Shown one piece after another: positions 27,107 through 35,991 of a stretch of 64,000 nt of DNA. The notes below the pieces were generated by a model. That model saw only the letters and a list, made by a program, of their open reading frames with translations. It was not told the DNA's origin and did no database searches. How positions within the stretch are numbered: the stretch's first letter is position 1; every line of letters starts with the position of its first letter. The translations under genes and the position numbers were made by a program. The stretch comes from Candidatus Pacearchaeota archaeon (GTDB taxonomy: Archaea > Nanobdellota > Nanobdellia > Pacearchaeales > GW2011-AR1): contig NZCX01000030.1 of NCBI GenBank assembly GCA_002688415.1, positions 1,782-65,781 of the forward strand, read 5' to 3'.

Positions 27107-28843
27107 CTACAATTCAACCAAATGACCCTTGCTCTTTTGTTCTCTATCTTTTACACTTCCTTTCTTATTAATTCTAGGTCTTCCAGACTCTTTCTCCTTC
27201 CGTAATGTTATATCCAAACTCTCAAGTAAATTAGTAATTCCTTTTTCAAAACCAACAACTTCACCTGCAATTCCAGATTTGCCACTTTCACCACCAAAAT
27301 TAATTACAGAATCAGCCAAATAAGATACTAAAAGCAAGTCATGATCGATTACAAACGCAGTCTTCTCTTTCTCAACCATCAAATCCTTAATGGCTTTTGC
27401 AACATTAATTCTTTCTTCAACATCCAAGTAAGCACTTGGCTCATCTATCAAATAAACATCTGCCTTCTTGGCAAGGCATCTAGCAATAGAGAATCTTTGT
27501 AGCTCCCCACCAGATAAATCTTTTAATTTCTTATTCTGCAAAACACCCAAATTGAATTGAGAGGAAACCTTTTTGCCAATCTTCTCCTTAAAAATGATAT
27601 CTCTCACGGTCTCTTCGCTTTCAGTAAAGAGATACTGCGGTTTATAAGAAACATCCAAATTCAAGTCAAGTTTTTTCTTAACTCCTTCTTGCTCAACTTC
27701 AAGTTCTCCGGCAAGCGCTCTTACAAAAGTTGTCTTTCCGGTTCCGTTCCTTCCAAGAATCCCTATAACATGATTTTGATGAATCTCACCCTTCTTGACT
27801 TCAAGATTAAAACCAGAATCAAAAGAAACAGAAAAATCATCCCATTCAGAAATCTTCAATCCAGAATTAGGAGCATTCTTTGTAAAGTTAAACTTGAGCT
27901 CCTTATCACGAATTCTCATATTTTCATCCTTCAAGAATCCAGAGAGGTAAGCATTAACTCCTTCTCTGCTTGTTTTAGGTGTAGAAACAACACCGAATGC
28001 TCCTTGCTCTCCAAAGAAAATAGAAAGATAATCTGTTAAATAATCTAAGATCAAAAGATCATGCTCAACGACAACGATTGTTTTTTCTTTAGCAACCTCT
28101 TTAATAAAATCACTAACCCTCAACCTTTCTCCAATATCCAGGTACGCCAAGGGCTCATCATAAAAGTAAATATCTGCTTCACCAAGAGATGCGGCTATAA
28201 TAGCAATTCTTTGAAGCTCACCACCAGAGAGTTTATTCAATTTATTATCCAAAACTTGAGACACATTTAAACTTTCGGCAAATTTCATAATCTGCTTTTC
28301 GTCCCCCCTTTCTTTCAGGAGGTCAATTGCTTTAATATCCTTCGAAAGAGAGCTAAGATTTTGAGGTTTATAAGCGACAGTCTTCCCTCCGAGTTTTTGA
28401 AAATAAGTTAAAAGCTCTTGTCCTTGGAAGAAATCTTTCAATTCTTTTTCAGTTGCTGCTTCTTTGCCAAGATTTAGTTTCTCCTGCCCAGCCAAGATTT
28501 TAACAGCAGTTGTTTTTCCGATCCCATTTCTCCCAAGCATTCCCAAAACACTCCCTTTCTTCGGAGAAGGAAGTCCATACAGAGCAAACCCATTATTTCC
28601 ATAACGGTGAATAATGCTGTCATCATCTATAGCGGGGAGATTAATAATCTTTATAGCAGAAAAGGGGCATCTCTTTTCACAAATCCCACACCCAATACAA
28701 GTCTTTTCGTCTATCTTTGCCGAATCTCCAATAATTATACAGCTATCAGCTTCTTTCTTCTCTATCGGACAACATTTCTTACATTCATGTCCACAGATTG
28801 CGGGCTTACATTTTTCCTTATCGATTACAGCAATTCTTACCAT
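27107..28843 (-). CDS. abce1: ABCE1 / RNase L inhibitor-type ribosome recycling ATPase
   Basis: N-terminal double 4Fe-4S cluster region (CKPAICGHECKKCCP, CIGCGICEKRCP). Two ABC modules (GRNGIGKTT / LSGGELQR; GRNGTGKTT / LSGGELQR). Confidence 0.95.
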   Translation of the reverse strand: MVRIAVIDKEKCKPAICGHECKKCCPIEKKEADSCIIIGDSAKIDEKTCIGCGICEKRCPFSAIKIINLPAIDDDSIIHRYGNNGFALYGLPSPKKGSVLGMLGRNGIGKTTAVKILAGQEKLNLGKEAATEKELKDFFQGQELLTYFQKLGGKTVAYKPQNLSSLSKDIKAIDLLKERGDEKQIMKFAESLNVSQVLDNKLNKLSGGELQRIAIIAASLGEADIYFYDEPLAYLDIGERLRVSDFIKEVAKEKTIVVVEHDLLILDYLTDYLSIFFGEQGAFGVVSTPKTSREGVNAYLSGFLKDENMRIRDKELKFNFTKNAPNSGLKISEWDDFSVSFDSGFNLEVKKGEIHQNHVIGILGRNGTGKTTFVRALAGELEVEQEGVKKKLDLNLDVSYKPQYLFTESEETVRDIIFKEKIGKKVSSQFNLGVLQNKKLKDLSGGELQRFSIARCLAKKADVYLIDEPSAYLDVEERINVAKAIKDLMVEKEKTAFVIDHDLLLVSYLADSVINFGGESGKSGIAGEVVGFEKGITNLLESLDITLRKEKESGRPRINKKGSVKDREQKSKGHLVEL

Positions 28844-28921
28844 GATTATGACTAGAAACTAAGGGTTTTAAGTTTGACTATTTACCCAAAAGTTTACATA
28901 GGCTAAAGGTTGATCTTAAAT

Positions 28922-29257
28922 ATGAAATTCTGTAAAGCTTGTGAGCGTCTCCTAATATTAAGAGAAACAACTGAGGGGAAAAAGGTTTTTCTATGCCCGA
29001 ATTGCAAAAAAGTATTCAAGGCAGAAGGAAACTTGGGGTTAACCACGAAAGAAGAAGTTGAGACAAAAGAAGAAGTTGGTGAAGGAGTTGCAAAAAAGGA
29101 GAAAGGCGTTCCGGGGCATGACTTTAAATGTAAAAAATGTGGGAATAAAAGCTATGAGATTACAGACCTAGGAATAATGTATGGCGATGAAGATTGGATT
29201 TATTTAATGAAATGTACCAATTGTGGTTTTACAGAAAGAGTAGGAGATTATTGTTAG
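28922..29257 (+). CDS. TFS / RpoM (Rpb9-TFIIS)-like double zinc-ribbon protein
   Basis: N-terminal ribbon MKFCKAC..CPNC; C-terminal ribbon CKKCGN..(GDED)..CTNCG. I chose ATG 28922 over the track's TTG at 28910 because TTTACATA at 28893-28900 starts 29 nt before it. Confidence 0.6.
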   Translation: MKFCKACERLLILRETTEGKKVFLCPNCKKVFKAEGNLGLTTKEEVETKEEVGEGVAKKEKGVPGHDFKCKKCGNKSYEITDLGIMYGDEDWIYLMKCTNCGFTERVGDYC

Positions 29258-29261
29258 AGTC

Positions 29262-29474
29262 CTATTCCTTTTTGGCCTGGGTTCCACATTCAGGACAAAA
29301 CTTTTCTCCACCTTCAAAAAGCCAATTACATTTCTCGCATCTCTTTTCTTCTTTCTTAGTCTCAATTATAGCCTCATACCCTTCTCTCCCAGAAAGGATC
29401 TTGCCCATTATGTTCTTTATCTTATCTTTCTCTTCCTCGACCGTTTGAAACTTCCTTAAATCAATTCCATCCAT
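29262..29474 (-). CDS. Small zinc-ribbon protein (70 aa)
   Basis: CEKC..(12)..CPEC. Its own TATATAAA (plus coordinates 29503-29496) starts 29 nt before the ATG. Confidence 0.55.
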   Translation of the reverse strand: MDGIDLRKFQTVEEEKDKIKNIMGKILSGREGYEAIIETKKEEKRCEKCNWLFEGGEKFCPECGTQAKKE

Positions 29475-29505
29475 TAGAATAAAAAATATCTTTTATTTAT
29501 ATACT

Positions 29506-30045
29506 TTATGCGGCATGCACACTATCTTTCCAATAAACCAGGCCAGCAAATATTCCGGTTATGAAAGAAAGTCCTATGACGTAAATAGACCAAGAAACTC
29601 CCCATGTAAGGAAAACCAAAGCAGCTGCCTGTATTGTTGTTTGCAATTTACCAATAAACTTTGCGTCACTAAAAAGAGGAATTCTTTTTATCCTTCTATA
29701 GATAAAAGCAGGAAAGGAAATTGCTTCTCTGGATAAACAAAGGAAGAGGAGGAGCATCTCTACTGGGGAATTCTTAAAGAAAAAGATCAACGCAAACCCA
29801 AAAAGAATTATGAAAATTCTATCTGCAACAATATCAAACTTGGCACCAAGCTCTGTCACCTGATCAAGGCCCCTAGCAAATTGACCATCTAAAAAGTCTG
29901 TAATTCCAGCGAAAGCAAGAAACAAAGCAGCCAAAAACCGATCTCCAGAGAAAAGAAGATAATAAATAGCCAGAATGGTCAACGGAACTCTCCAGAGCGT
30001 TATAAAATTCGGAACATTCACAATTTTTTCTTTTTTATTGGTCAT
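29506..30045 (-). CDS. CDP-alcohol phosphatidyltransferase family membrane protein
   Basis: DFLDGQFARGLDQVTELGAKFDIVADR is the D-x2-DG-x2-AR-x8-G-x3-D-x3-D signature; multiple TM segments. Start set at Met60 of the track ORF (30045) because TATATAAA (plus 30074-30067) starts 29 nt upstream and the longer ORF would run through tRNA-Leu. Confidence 0.85.
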   Translation of the reverse strand: MTNKKEKIVNVPNFITLWRVPLTILAIYYLLFSGDRFLAALFLAFAGITDFLDGQFARGLDQVTELGAKFDIVADRIFIILFGFALIFFFKNSPVEMLLLFLCLSREAISFPAFIYRRIKRIPLFSDAKFIGKLQTTIQAAALVFLTWGVSWSIYVIGLSFITGIFAGLVYWKDSVHAA

Positions 30046-30079
30046 TGTATTAGGAAAGCCTTCAGATTTATATATCTTA

Positions 30080-30162
30080 TGTGGGGAGGAGGATTCGAAC
30101 CCCCGTAGGCAAAAGCCACAGCCGCTTAAAGGCTGCCCGTTTGGCCGCTCCGGCATCCCCAC
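30080..30162 (-). tRNA. tRNA-Leu, anticodon TAA (UAA), long variable arm
   Basis: Reverse complement folds: acceptor GTGGGGA/TCCCCAC, anticodon stem CAGCC/GGCTG with loop TT-TAA-GC, long variable arm TGTGGCTTTTGCCTAC, T arm GGGGG-TTCGAAT-CCTCC, discriminator A. Confidence 0.85.
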
Positions 30163-30288
30163 ATAAAAACATTCAATAAATACAGTATAAAAACTTTTGG
30201 AAGACACATCATAAATATCCAAGCGAGATCATAAATTCACTTGAGAATTAATATAAAATTTTAAATAAACAATCAACTAAAGAGTTTT

Positions 30289-30843
30289 ATGATGATTGAA
30301 TTGGTGCGTATTCATGCACATCTTTGTGGTGATGGTTTTATGTTTTTTGGAGAATCTTCAGAAAGGGATCGCAAACACTCTGCAACGGTAGGATACTCAA
30401 ATAATAACTACTGCCTTATAGAAAAATTTAGAGATGATTTTAATGCTGTTTTCAAAGTTCAGATGAAGTTAAGAAAGAATAGAAAAGAAGTAACAGTCAG
30501 GAGTATAAGGATTTATAAGGAGCTTCTGAAATTGTTCGGAGAGCTATCTTCTTTTAAGTGGAGAATCCCGATTGAAATAAAGAATTTAGATACACACTCA
30601 AAGATGGAATGGTTAAAGTCATTTTTTGAGGATGAAGCATATCACGAGAAAAAATATAATAGGTTAAAAACTAAGTCAATGAATCTTGGTGGGCTAAAGG
30701 ATATTAAGGAGATTCTAGATTCATTAGAGATTAATTCGGTAATTACGGGACCAAATTGTGACAAGAGCTACTATATCACAATTCCAAGATTTGATAATAT
30801 CGATCTTTTTAAGGATTTCAAGAAACAACCTGCCAGAAAGTAG
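30289..30843 (+). CDS. Free-standing LAGLIDADG-type homing endonuclease-like protein (184 aa)
   Basis: Two dodecapeptide-like motifs: VRIHAHLCGDGFM and MEWLKSFFEDEAY. TTTAAATA at 30260-30267 starts 29 nt before the ATG. Confidence 0.6.
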   Translation: MMIELVRIHAHLCGDGFMFFGESSERDRKHSATVGYSNNNYCLIEKFRDDFNAVFKVQMKLRKNRKEVTVRSIRIYKELLKLFGELSSFKWRIPIEIKNLDTHSKMEWLKSFFEDEAYHEKKYNRLKTKSMNLGGLKDIKEILDSLEINSVITGPNCDKSYYITIPRFDNIDLFKDFKKQPARK

Positions 30844-30847
30844 AGAG

Positions 30848-30922
30848 TAGCGGGGAGTAGATTTGAACTACTGACCTCGAGGTTATGGGCCTCGCGAGCT
30901 GACCAGACTGCTCCACCCCGCT
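30848..30922 (-). tRNA. tRNA-Met, anticodon CAT; initiator-like (A1:U72)
   Basis: Reverse complement AGCGGGGTGGAGCAGTCTGGTCAGCTCGCGAGGCCCATAACCTCGAGGTCAGTAGTTCAAATCTACTCCCCGCTA. Acceptor AGCGGGG/CCCCGCT with an A1-U72 pair as in archaeal initiators. Anticodon stem CGAGG/CCTCG. Elongator Met or Ile2 cannot be excluded. Confidence 0.8.
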
Positions 30923-31020
30923 ATAATTAAGCTACTTAAGGTGTGTTTTTAAAATTAATGTTTGATAGAAAAAGCCACTCCTACAGAAAGGTTTTTAAAT
31001 GAAAATTTTGTTGAATGAAT

Positions 31021-31611
31021 ATGTTTTATGAACTTCTCGTAACTGATCATGTAAGGGTCGATCCAACAAAGTTTGGATTAGAGACAGGCGAAGCAGTAAG
31101 AGCACAATTAGAAGAATCTTACACAGGCTTCCAAGATAAAGATATCGGAACAGTCGTAGCAGTTTTAGAGGTTTTAGAGGTGAATGAGGGAGTAATAATT
31201 CCAGGAGATGGAGCAGCATATTACGAATCAACTTTCAAGATTATAGTTTTTAGACCGGAATTACAAGAAGTAGTTTATGGAACAATTGAAGAAATCACAA
31301 ACTTCGGTGCTTTCATCAATTTGGGAGCGATCAGGGGAATGATCCACATATCTCAAGCAATGGATGATTTTGTTTCTTTCTCCGAGACAGGTTCTTTAAA
31401 CGGAAAAGATAGTAAAAGAGTATTAGTTTCTGGAGACAAATGTGTTGCAAGAGTTGTAGCAATCTCATACAAGGGGGAATCTCCAAAGGTTGGTCTAACG
31501 ATGAGGCAGCCAGGACTTGGAAAGGTCGAATGGGTAGAAGCTGAAAAAGAAAAAGCAAAAAGACAAGCAGCAGAGGCAGTTAAGAAAGAAGCTAAGGAGG
31601 CAAAGAAATAA
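31021..31611 (+). CDS. rpo7: DNA-directed RNA polymerase subunit Rpo7 (E') with K/E/A-rich C-terminal tail
   Basis: MFYELLVTDHVRVDPTKFG N-terminus and an S1 domain (GTIEEITNFGAFINLG..GMIHISQ). Start set at 31021 (TTTTTAAA at 30992-30999 starts 29 nt upstream); the track starts at 31015. Confidence 0.85.
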   Translation: MFYELLVTDHVRVDPTKFGLETGEAVRAQLEESYTGFQDKDIGTVVAVLEVLEVNEGVIIPGDGAAYYESTFKIIVFRPELQEVVYGTIEEITNFGAFINLGAIRGMIHISQAMDDFVSFSETGSLNGKDSKRVLVSGDKCVARVVAISYKGESPKVGLTMRQPGLGKVEWVEAEKEKAKRQAAEAVKKEAKEAKK

Positions 31612-31808
31612 TGGCAGGAAAAGCAAAAGAAAAGGCTTGTTTAAATTGTAAGGCACTTTATATCGGAACAGCATGCCCAAAATGTGGAGAGACTCCATCA
31701 AGCGAGTCATTTAAAGGAAGAGTTCATGTTTTTAATCCAGAGAAGTCAGAATTAGCAAATAAAATGGATATTCACAAAGAGGGTGAGTTTGCGATTAAAA
31801 CAAAATGA
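31611..31808 (+). CDS. spt4: Transcription elongation factor Spt4 (RpoE'')
   Basis: 65 aa; zinc ribbon CLNC..(10)..CPKC; position directly after rpo7 as in most archaea. Confidence 0.8.
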   Translation: MAGKAKEKACLNCKALYIGTACPKCGETPSSESFKGRVHVFNPEKSELANKMDIHKEGEFAIKTK

Positions 31809-32218
31809 AATTAAATACGATTAAACAGGAAAAAAATCCATTTTTAGAAAGGGAAGAGTTGATTGTTGAAATAACAGAAGAAGCTATGCCAACAAAAGAA
31901 GGAATTCTGGAATCTCTAGGAAAGGATAAAGATCTTTGTGTTATCAAAAAGATTAATTCCAATTTCGGAAGAGGGAAATTTGTTGCAGAGATCACAGTTT
32001 ATGACACTCCAGAAGCCAAATCAAAATACATGACAATAGCAAAAAAGGTTAGAGCCAAGATAGAAGCTGATAGAAAATCTGCAGATGAGGCAGCTAAGAA
32101 GGCAGAAGCAGATGCAGCACAGAAAGCAGAGGCCCCAGCAGCTGAACCAGAAGTTAAGGCAGAAGAACCAAAAGAAGAAGCTCCAGTCGAAGAAGTAAAA
32201 GAAGAGGCCAAGGAATAA
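31805..32218 (+). CDS. rps24e: 30S ribosomal protein S24e with A/E/K-rich C-terminal extension
   Basis: The N-terminal roughly 85 aa ([17 protein letters not shown]...[15 protein letters not shown]) match S24e. The last roughly 55 aa are low-complexity. Confidence 0.85.
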   Translation: MKLNTIKQEKNPFLEREELIVEITEEAMPTKEGILESLGKDKDLCVIKKINSNFGRGKFVAEITVYDTPEAKSKYMTIAKKVRAKIEADRKSADEAAKKAEADAAQKAEAPAAEPEVKAEEPKEEAPVEEVKEEAKE

Positions 32219-32448
32219 TGTCAGTAAAAAGACCAAAAATCAAGGGAAAGAAAAAACATAAGAACAAGCCAACTTCAAAGAAAGCAAGTAAGTATAAAAT
32301 TGAGGATGGAAAGTTGGTAAAAGCAAGAAGCTGCCCAAGGTGTGGTCCAGGAATATTTCTAGCAGTTTCAAATGGAAGATCTTATTGTGGAAGATGCCAC
32401 CTAACAGAGTTCGATAAAAAAGAAGTTGATGCTAAATTAGAGAAATAA
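32218..32448 (+). CDS. rps27ae: 30S ribosomal protein S27ae (eS31)
   Basis: 76 aa; basic N-terminus; zinc ribbon [11 protein letters not shown]...YCGRC. Confidence 0.85.
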   Translation: MSVKRPKIKGKKKHKNKPTSKKASKYKIEDGKLVKARSCPRCGPGIFLAVSNGRSYCGRCHLTEFDKKEVDAKLEK

Positions 32449-32452
32449 TAAC

Positions 32453-32773
32453 ATGGATGCATATATGAGAGGCAGCTTTGACGCGAATCACGGTAGGGGA
32501 TTCTGTCCTGGCCGAATAACAGACTTTAAGGACTTTATAAATTATTCTAGAGGGTACATTGTCAATAGACAACAAGCAGGAGAGATTCAGGAAGATGACG
32601 AAGAAGTGGAGAGCAGAGAAATGAGTACAAAACCACTAGTTTTAATGGACAATAAAGAGATAGATCTTTCTTTGCTTGGAACAGGTAGCCCAAGGGCACA
32701 ACATTTACAAGGTGGAAAATTACCCGATCTAAGAACACAGTTGGCAAAAGGAAACAGGGTCTACAGAGAATAG
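32453..32773 (+). CDS. Hypothetical protein (weakly supported ORF)
   Basis: 106-aa ORF beginning 4 nt after the rps27ae stop. No SD, no TATA, no motif. Kept only because of its operon position. Confidence 0.3.
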   Translation: MDAYMRGSFDANHGRGFCPGRITDFKDFINYSRGYIVNRQQAGEIQEDDEEVESREMSTKPLVLMDNKEIDLSLLGTGSPRAQHLQGGKLPDLRTQLAKGNRVYRE

Positions 32774-33038
32774 AATTAATTTTTAAAGGGTTTTAATTCA
32801 TTACCATAATTCAAAATAATTATCTTTGGATTATATAGATTAGAACCCTGGGAGATGCGATAAAGCGAGCTAAATAGTGCCTTACCGCTCTCTCCTGGGG
32901 AAAAAGAGGTGATATTATATTGAATGCGTTAATCTTTATAAAGCTTTCGGTGATGTTGTAATTTCGTAGTGACAATGGTATACCAAGCACACTATTTATC
33001 ACAATAAACCTTATTAACTTCCAATACAATTCTCTGAT

Positions 33039-33953
33039 ATGAAAAAAGAGGAGAGAATTAACCAGTCGCAATTCTACGATCTTATAACTGGGGAAGAGCT
33101 TAGCTGGCAGGCCATAATTTATGATCTAATAAAAACAGAGCAATTAAGCCCATGGGATATAGAGATCGGAGTCCTAGCAGACAAGTATGTTGAGAAGATT
33201 GCGGAGCTAGAAGATGAAGATTTCTTTGTCTCATCAAAGGTTTTACTTGCTTGCGCACTTCTTCTAAGATTAAAATCAGAGATCTTAGCAAATAATTACA
33301 TACAAGAACTTAATGATTCTTTATTCGGGAAGAAAGAAATGCAGGTTACATTAGACTTAGAGAACTTCGTAATTGACGAAGGAGAGCTCCCAATTCTAAT
33401 TCCCAAAACCCCAATGGCAAGGCATAAGAAAGTTACACTTGAACAGCTCATGGGAGCATTGAATAAAGCCATGAACACAGAAAACCGTAGAATCAAGAGA
33501 CATATTAAGTCAACGCAAGCTGAAAGGTCTGCTCTTGTTGTTATGCCAAAGAACACACTAGTCCCATTAAAAGTAAGGATTAAAAGTATATTCTTGATCG
33601 TTCAGAGCCATCTCAATGTTAATAAAGAACATATAGGCTTTCACGAGCTGGCAAAAGACAAAGAAGAGAAGCTAGCAACATTCTTACCAGTATTGCATCT
33701 TTCTAATCAAGAAAAAGTTCACCTACACCAACCGATCCATTTTAAAGAGATCTATATTAGAGACAAGATTCATCCAGATGAAGAAGCAGATCTGGTAAAT
33801 GGACTTGGATTAATCGAAGGAATTAAAGAAATAGCAGAAATTTCAGGAGAAGATTCTGGAGAGACGATGACAAGAGAGCAGGTTCAGATAGGAGAGGGAG
33901 AAAGAGGAGTGTATATTGGGCAAACGGCGATCAAAGTTGGAGAGATTAACTAG
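33039..33953 (+). CDS. scpA: Segregation and condensation protein A (kleisin ScpA)
   Basis: N-terminal FYDLITGEELSWQAIIYDLIKTEQLSPWDIEIGVLADKYVEKI...SSKVLLACALLLRLKSE is the ScpA N-terminal domain pattern. A winged-helix-like C-terminus is present. Confidence 0.8.
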   Translation: MKKEERINQSQFYDLITGEELSWQAIIYDLIKTEQLSPWDIEIGVLADKYVEKIAELEDEDFFVSSKVLLACALLLRLKSEILANNYIQELNDSLFGKKEMQVTLDLENFVIDEGELPILIPKTPMARHKKVTLEQLMGALNKAMNTENRRIKRHIKSTQAERSALVVMPKNTLVPLKVRIKSIFLIVQSHLNVNKEHIGFHELAKDKEEKLATFLPVLHLSNQEKVHLHQPIHFKEIYIRDKIHPDEEADLVNGLGLIEGIKEIAEISGEDSGETMTREQVQIGEGERGVYIGQTAIKVGEIN

Positions 33954-34636
33954 CCATTAACAATTTCCAAGAAATCACTGATTTTTGAAAAATCACTAAA
34001 CAAATAATCGGGATTTTCTGACTTTAACTTTTCTACCGAATCGTTTCCCGTTGCAACGGCGATAGCCATGACCCCACCATGTCTTGCACATTCAATATCA
34101 AGAATAGTATCACCTATAATAAAAACATCTTTTTTATCAAACTTAATGCTTGTTTTATCTTCAGCATCTTTCATTCCAATGTCAACCAATTCCCCTCTAA
34201 TTTTTGTTTCACCACCAAAGGCCCCAACATTAAAATATTTCCAAAGACCGACGGCTTCTAGTTTCAATCTTGCCATTTCGAAAGTGTTTCCAGTAAGTAA
34301 GCCGACTACATGACCAAAAGAGAGTAGCTTTTTAACCAGGTCTTCCGCCCCATTTATTTTTTCAAAAGTCTTCCCGTCCCTTATAGCTTCTCTCAATGGA
34401 CCAGCATCATGTAGCGCATCTAAGAATCTTGAGTCTCCTTCAGGTTCTTTAATCCCCAGTGCTTCCAATATTTCTGCAAGAATTCGTCGATAAGTCTTTC
34501 CCTCGGCATCATATTTACCTCCAAGGTCTCCGATGTCGAGATTAAAATACTTCTTCAGGTTTTTTGTTGTCATGCCGACACCACCACCCTTAATTAGAAT
34601 CCCATCAATGTCAAACAGTATTAATCTTTTTTTCAT
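33950..34636 (-). CDS. HAD-superfamily hydrolase (phosphatase)
   Basis: Motif I LFDIDGILI, motif II GLLTGN, motif IV IIGDTILDI. Confidence 0.8.
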   Translation of the reverse strand: MKKRLILFDIDGILIKGGGVGMTTKNLKKYFNLDIGDLGGKYDAEGKTYRRILAEILEALGIKEPEGDSRFLDALHDAGPLREAIRDGKTFEKINGAEDLVKKLLSFGHVVGLLTGNTFEMARLKLEAVGLWKYFNVGAFGGETKIRGELVDIGMKDAEDKTSIKFDKKDVFIIGDTILDIECARHGGVMAIAVATGNDSVEKLKSENPDYLFSDFSKISDFLEIVNG

Positions 34637-35791
34637 TTAATTAAGCAACTCTTTCTCACTCATTTCTTTTTCTTTTCCAGAAACCATATCTTTAACTTTG
34701 TATTTTTTAGCCTTAACTTCATTCGCACCAATAACAATAACTTTCTTAACTTTCTTAACATTAGCATATTCCATTGCTTTCTTTAGTGTTTTATCAAGAA
34801 GAACCTGGACAGAGTTACCTACACCACGAAGAGAATCTGCCAATTGAATAGTTTTCTTATTTTGGTCCAAAGAGATAAGGAGATAGTCTATATAATCAGG
34901 TTTTGTCTTTGCCAAAAGGAAAATAGGTTCGAACCCCAAACTAATTCCAGTAGATTGTGTACTACCAATAAGATAAGATCCTCCACCACACAAGGAAACA
35001 CTCAATTCCTCAGCCCAAAATTCAAAGATTGTTCCATTATAATATGATAGACCCCTAGCAAGAGTTGGTCGGAAAGTAATCTCAGTGCCATATTCCTTAC
35101 ATAGTTTTTTCAGTTCTTTAATCTCCTTGTATGAACCATACTTCTCAAATCCCTTTTCTTCTTGTGTAAAAATCTTCAACAGCCTCTCTGCATTAAGTTT
35201 TTTCAAATTATCTGCAACTTCTTTCTTAGTAAGCTTTCCGAGTTTGTCTAGTTCTCTTATTACTTGTTCCCTATCCATCTCTTTTATATTCTCTGTCTCA
35301 AGAATCTCATTGATCAATTTCCTATTGTTAAAGTAGAGCTTGGTCTTTATTCCAAGAGCATTAAAGATCCGAGCACCCATAACCATACACTCTGCTTCGT
35401 CATTTGCCGAACTACCTATAACATCTGCATCACACTGAATGAATTGCCTTAATCTTCCCTTCCTGATTGGCTCATCCCGAAAAACAGAATCTAATTGATA
35501 TCTTTTATATGGTAATTTCTGGTTTTGGGCAATCCTTTTCAGTTGAAACGTTAACTCATATCTCAAGGCTAATTTTCTTTTTCCCCTATCCTCTAAGCTA
35601 AAAATATCTCTAACTGCTTCATCATTTTGATTATCTCCACGAACAAAGTCTTCCATCTCAACCGCAGGAGTCTCAGCGGGATCAAAACCAAAACTCTCGA
35701 AAGCACTAACTATAATTTTCTTAATCTTTGAACGTTTTCTAGCCTCATCTCCTATAAAATCCCTGAAGCCTTTTACAGTATTTGTATCCAT
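34637..35791 (-). CDS. hisS: Histidyl-tRNA synthetase (short, 384 aa)
   Basis: VKGFRDF N-terminus; motif 2 YQLDSVFRDEPIRKGRLRQFIQCDADVIG; motif 3 region LCGGGSY; C-terminal anticodon-binding-like domain. Confidence 0.8.
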   Translation of the reverse strand: MDTNTVKGFRDFIGDEARKRSKIKKIIVSAFESFGFDPAETPAVEMEDFVRGDNQNDEAVRDIFSLEDRGKRKLALRYELTFQLKRIAQNQKLPYKRYQLDSVFRDEPIRKGRLRQFIQCDADVIGSSANDEAECMVMGARIFNALGIKTKLYFNNRKLINEILETENIKEMDREQVIRELDKLGKLTKKEVADNLKKLNAERLLKIFTQEEKGFEKYGSYKEIKELKKLCKEYGTEITFRPTLARGLSYYNGTIFEFWAEELSVSLCGGGSYLIGSTQSTGISLGFEPIFLLAKTKPDYIDYLLISLDQNKKTIQLADSLRGVGNSVQVLLDKTLKKAMEYANVKKVKKVIVIGANEVKAKKYKVKDMVSGKEKEMSEKELLN

Positions 35792-35792
35792 A

Positions 35793-35966
35793 TTATTTCT
35801 TGGGTAATTTCTTTAATAAACCTTTTGAACGAGGGTTGCTATATAGTCTTCCAACAAACCTACACCCCGCGGATCTTGGTCCAAAATTTTTCAGCTCATA
35901 TTCTTCGACTTCTTCTCTTGCTCTAGCCATGTCTTCTTCTGTAGCAAAATAATTATCTTTTTCCAT
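35793..35966 (-). CDS. Small hypothetical protein (57 aa) between tRNA-His and hisS
   Basis: AAGGAGGAG ends 5 nt before ATG 35966 (the track starts at 35984). Its stop lies 1 nt from the hisS start. Confidence 0.45.
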   Translation of the reverse strand: MEKDNYFATEEDMARAREEVEEYELKNFGPRSAGCRFVGRLYSNPRSKGLLKKLPKK

Positions 35967-35991
35967 TCTTACTCCTCCTTTCATTCAAAAA

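Noticed and set aside
30046-30222. N-terminal 59 codons of the track ORF 29506-30222
   Set aside because: This part runs straight through the minus-strand tRNA-Leu (30080-30162) and translates into implausible sequence. A TATA element with exact 29-nt spacing supports Met60 (30045) as the real start.
31999-32236. Minus-strand ORFs 31999-32211 and 32021-32236 (A/S/F-rich)
   Set aside because: They are antisense to the low-complexity A/E/K tail of rps24e. The ORFs are a composition artefact.
32950-32990. Box C/D sRNA candidate (GTGATGT ... GTAGTGA)
   Set aside because: There is no CUGA D box and no terminal stem. The similarity is limited to a single degenerate heptamer.
32820-33071. 83-aa minus-strand ORF in the spacer before scpA
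   Set aside because: It overlaps the scpA start, has no promoter or SD, and has odd composition. The spacer is better explained by a plus-strand structured element.
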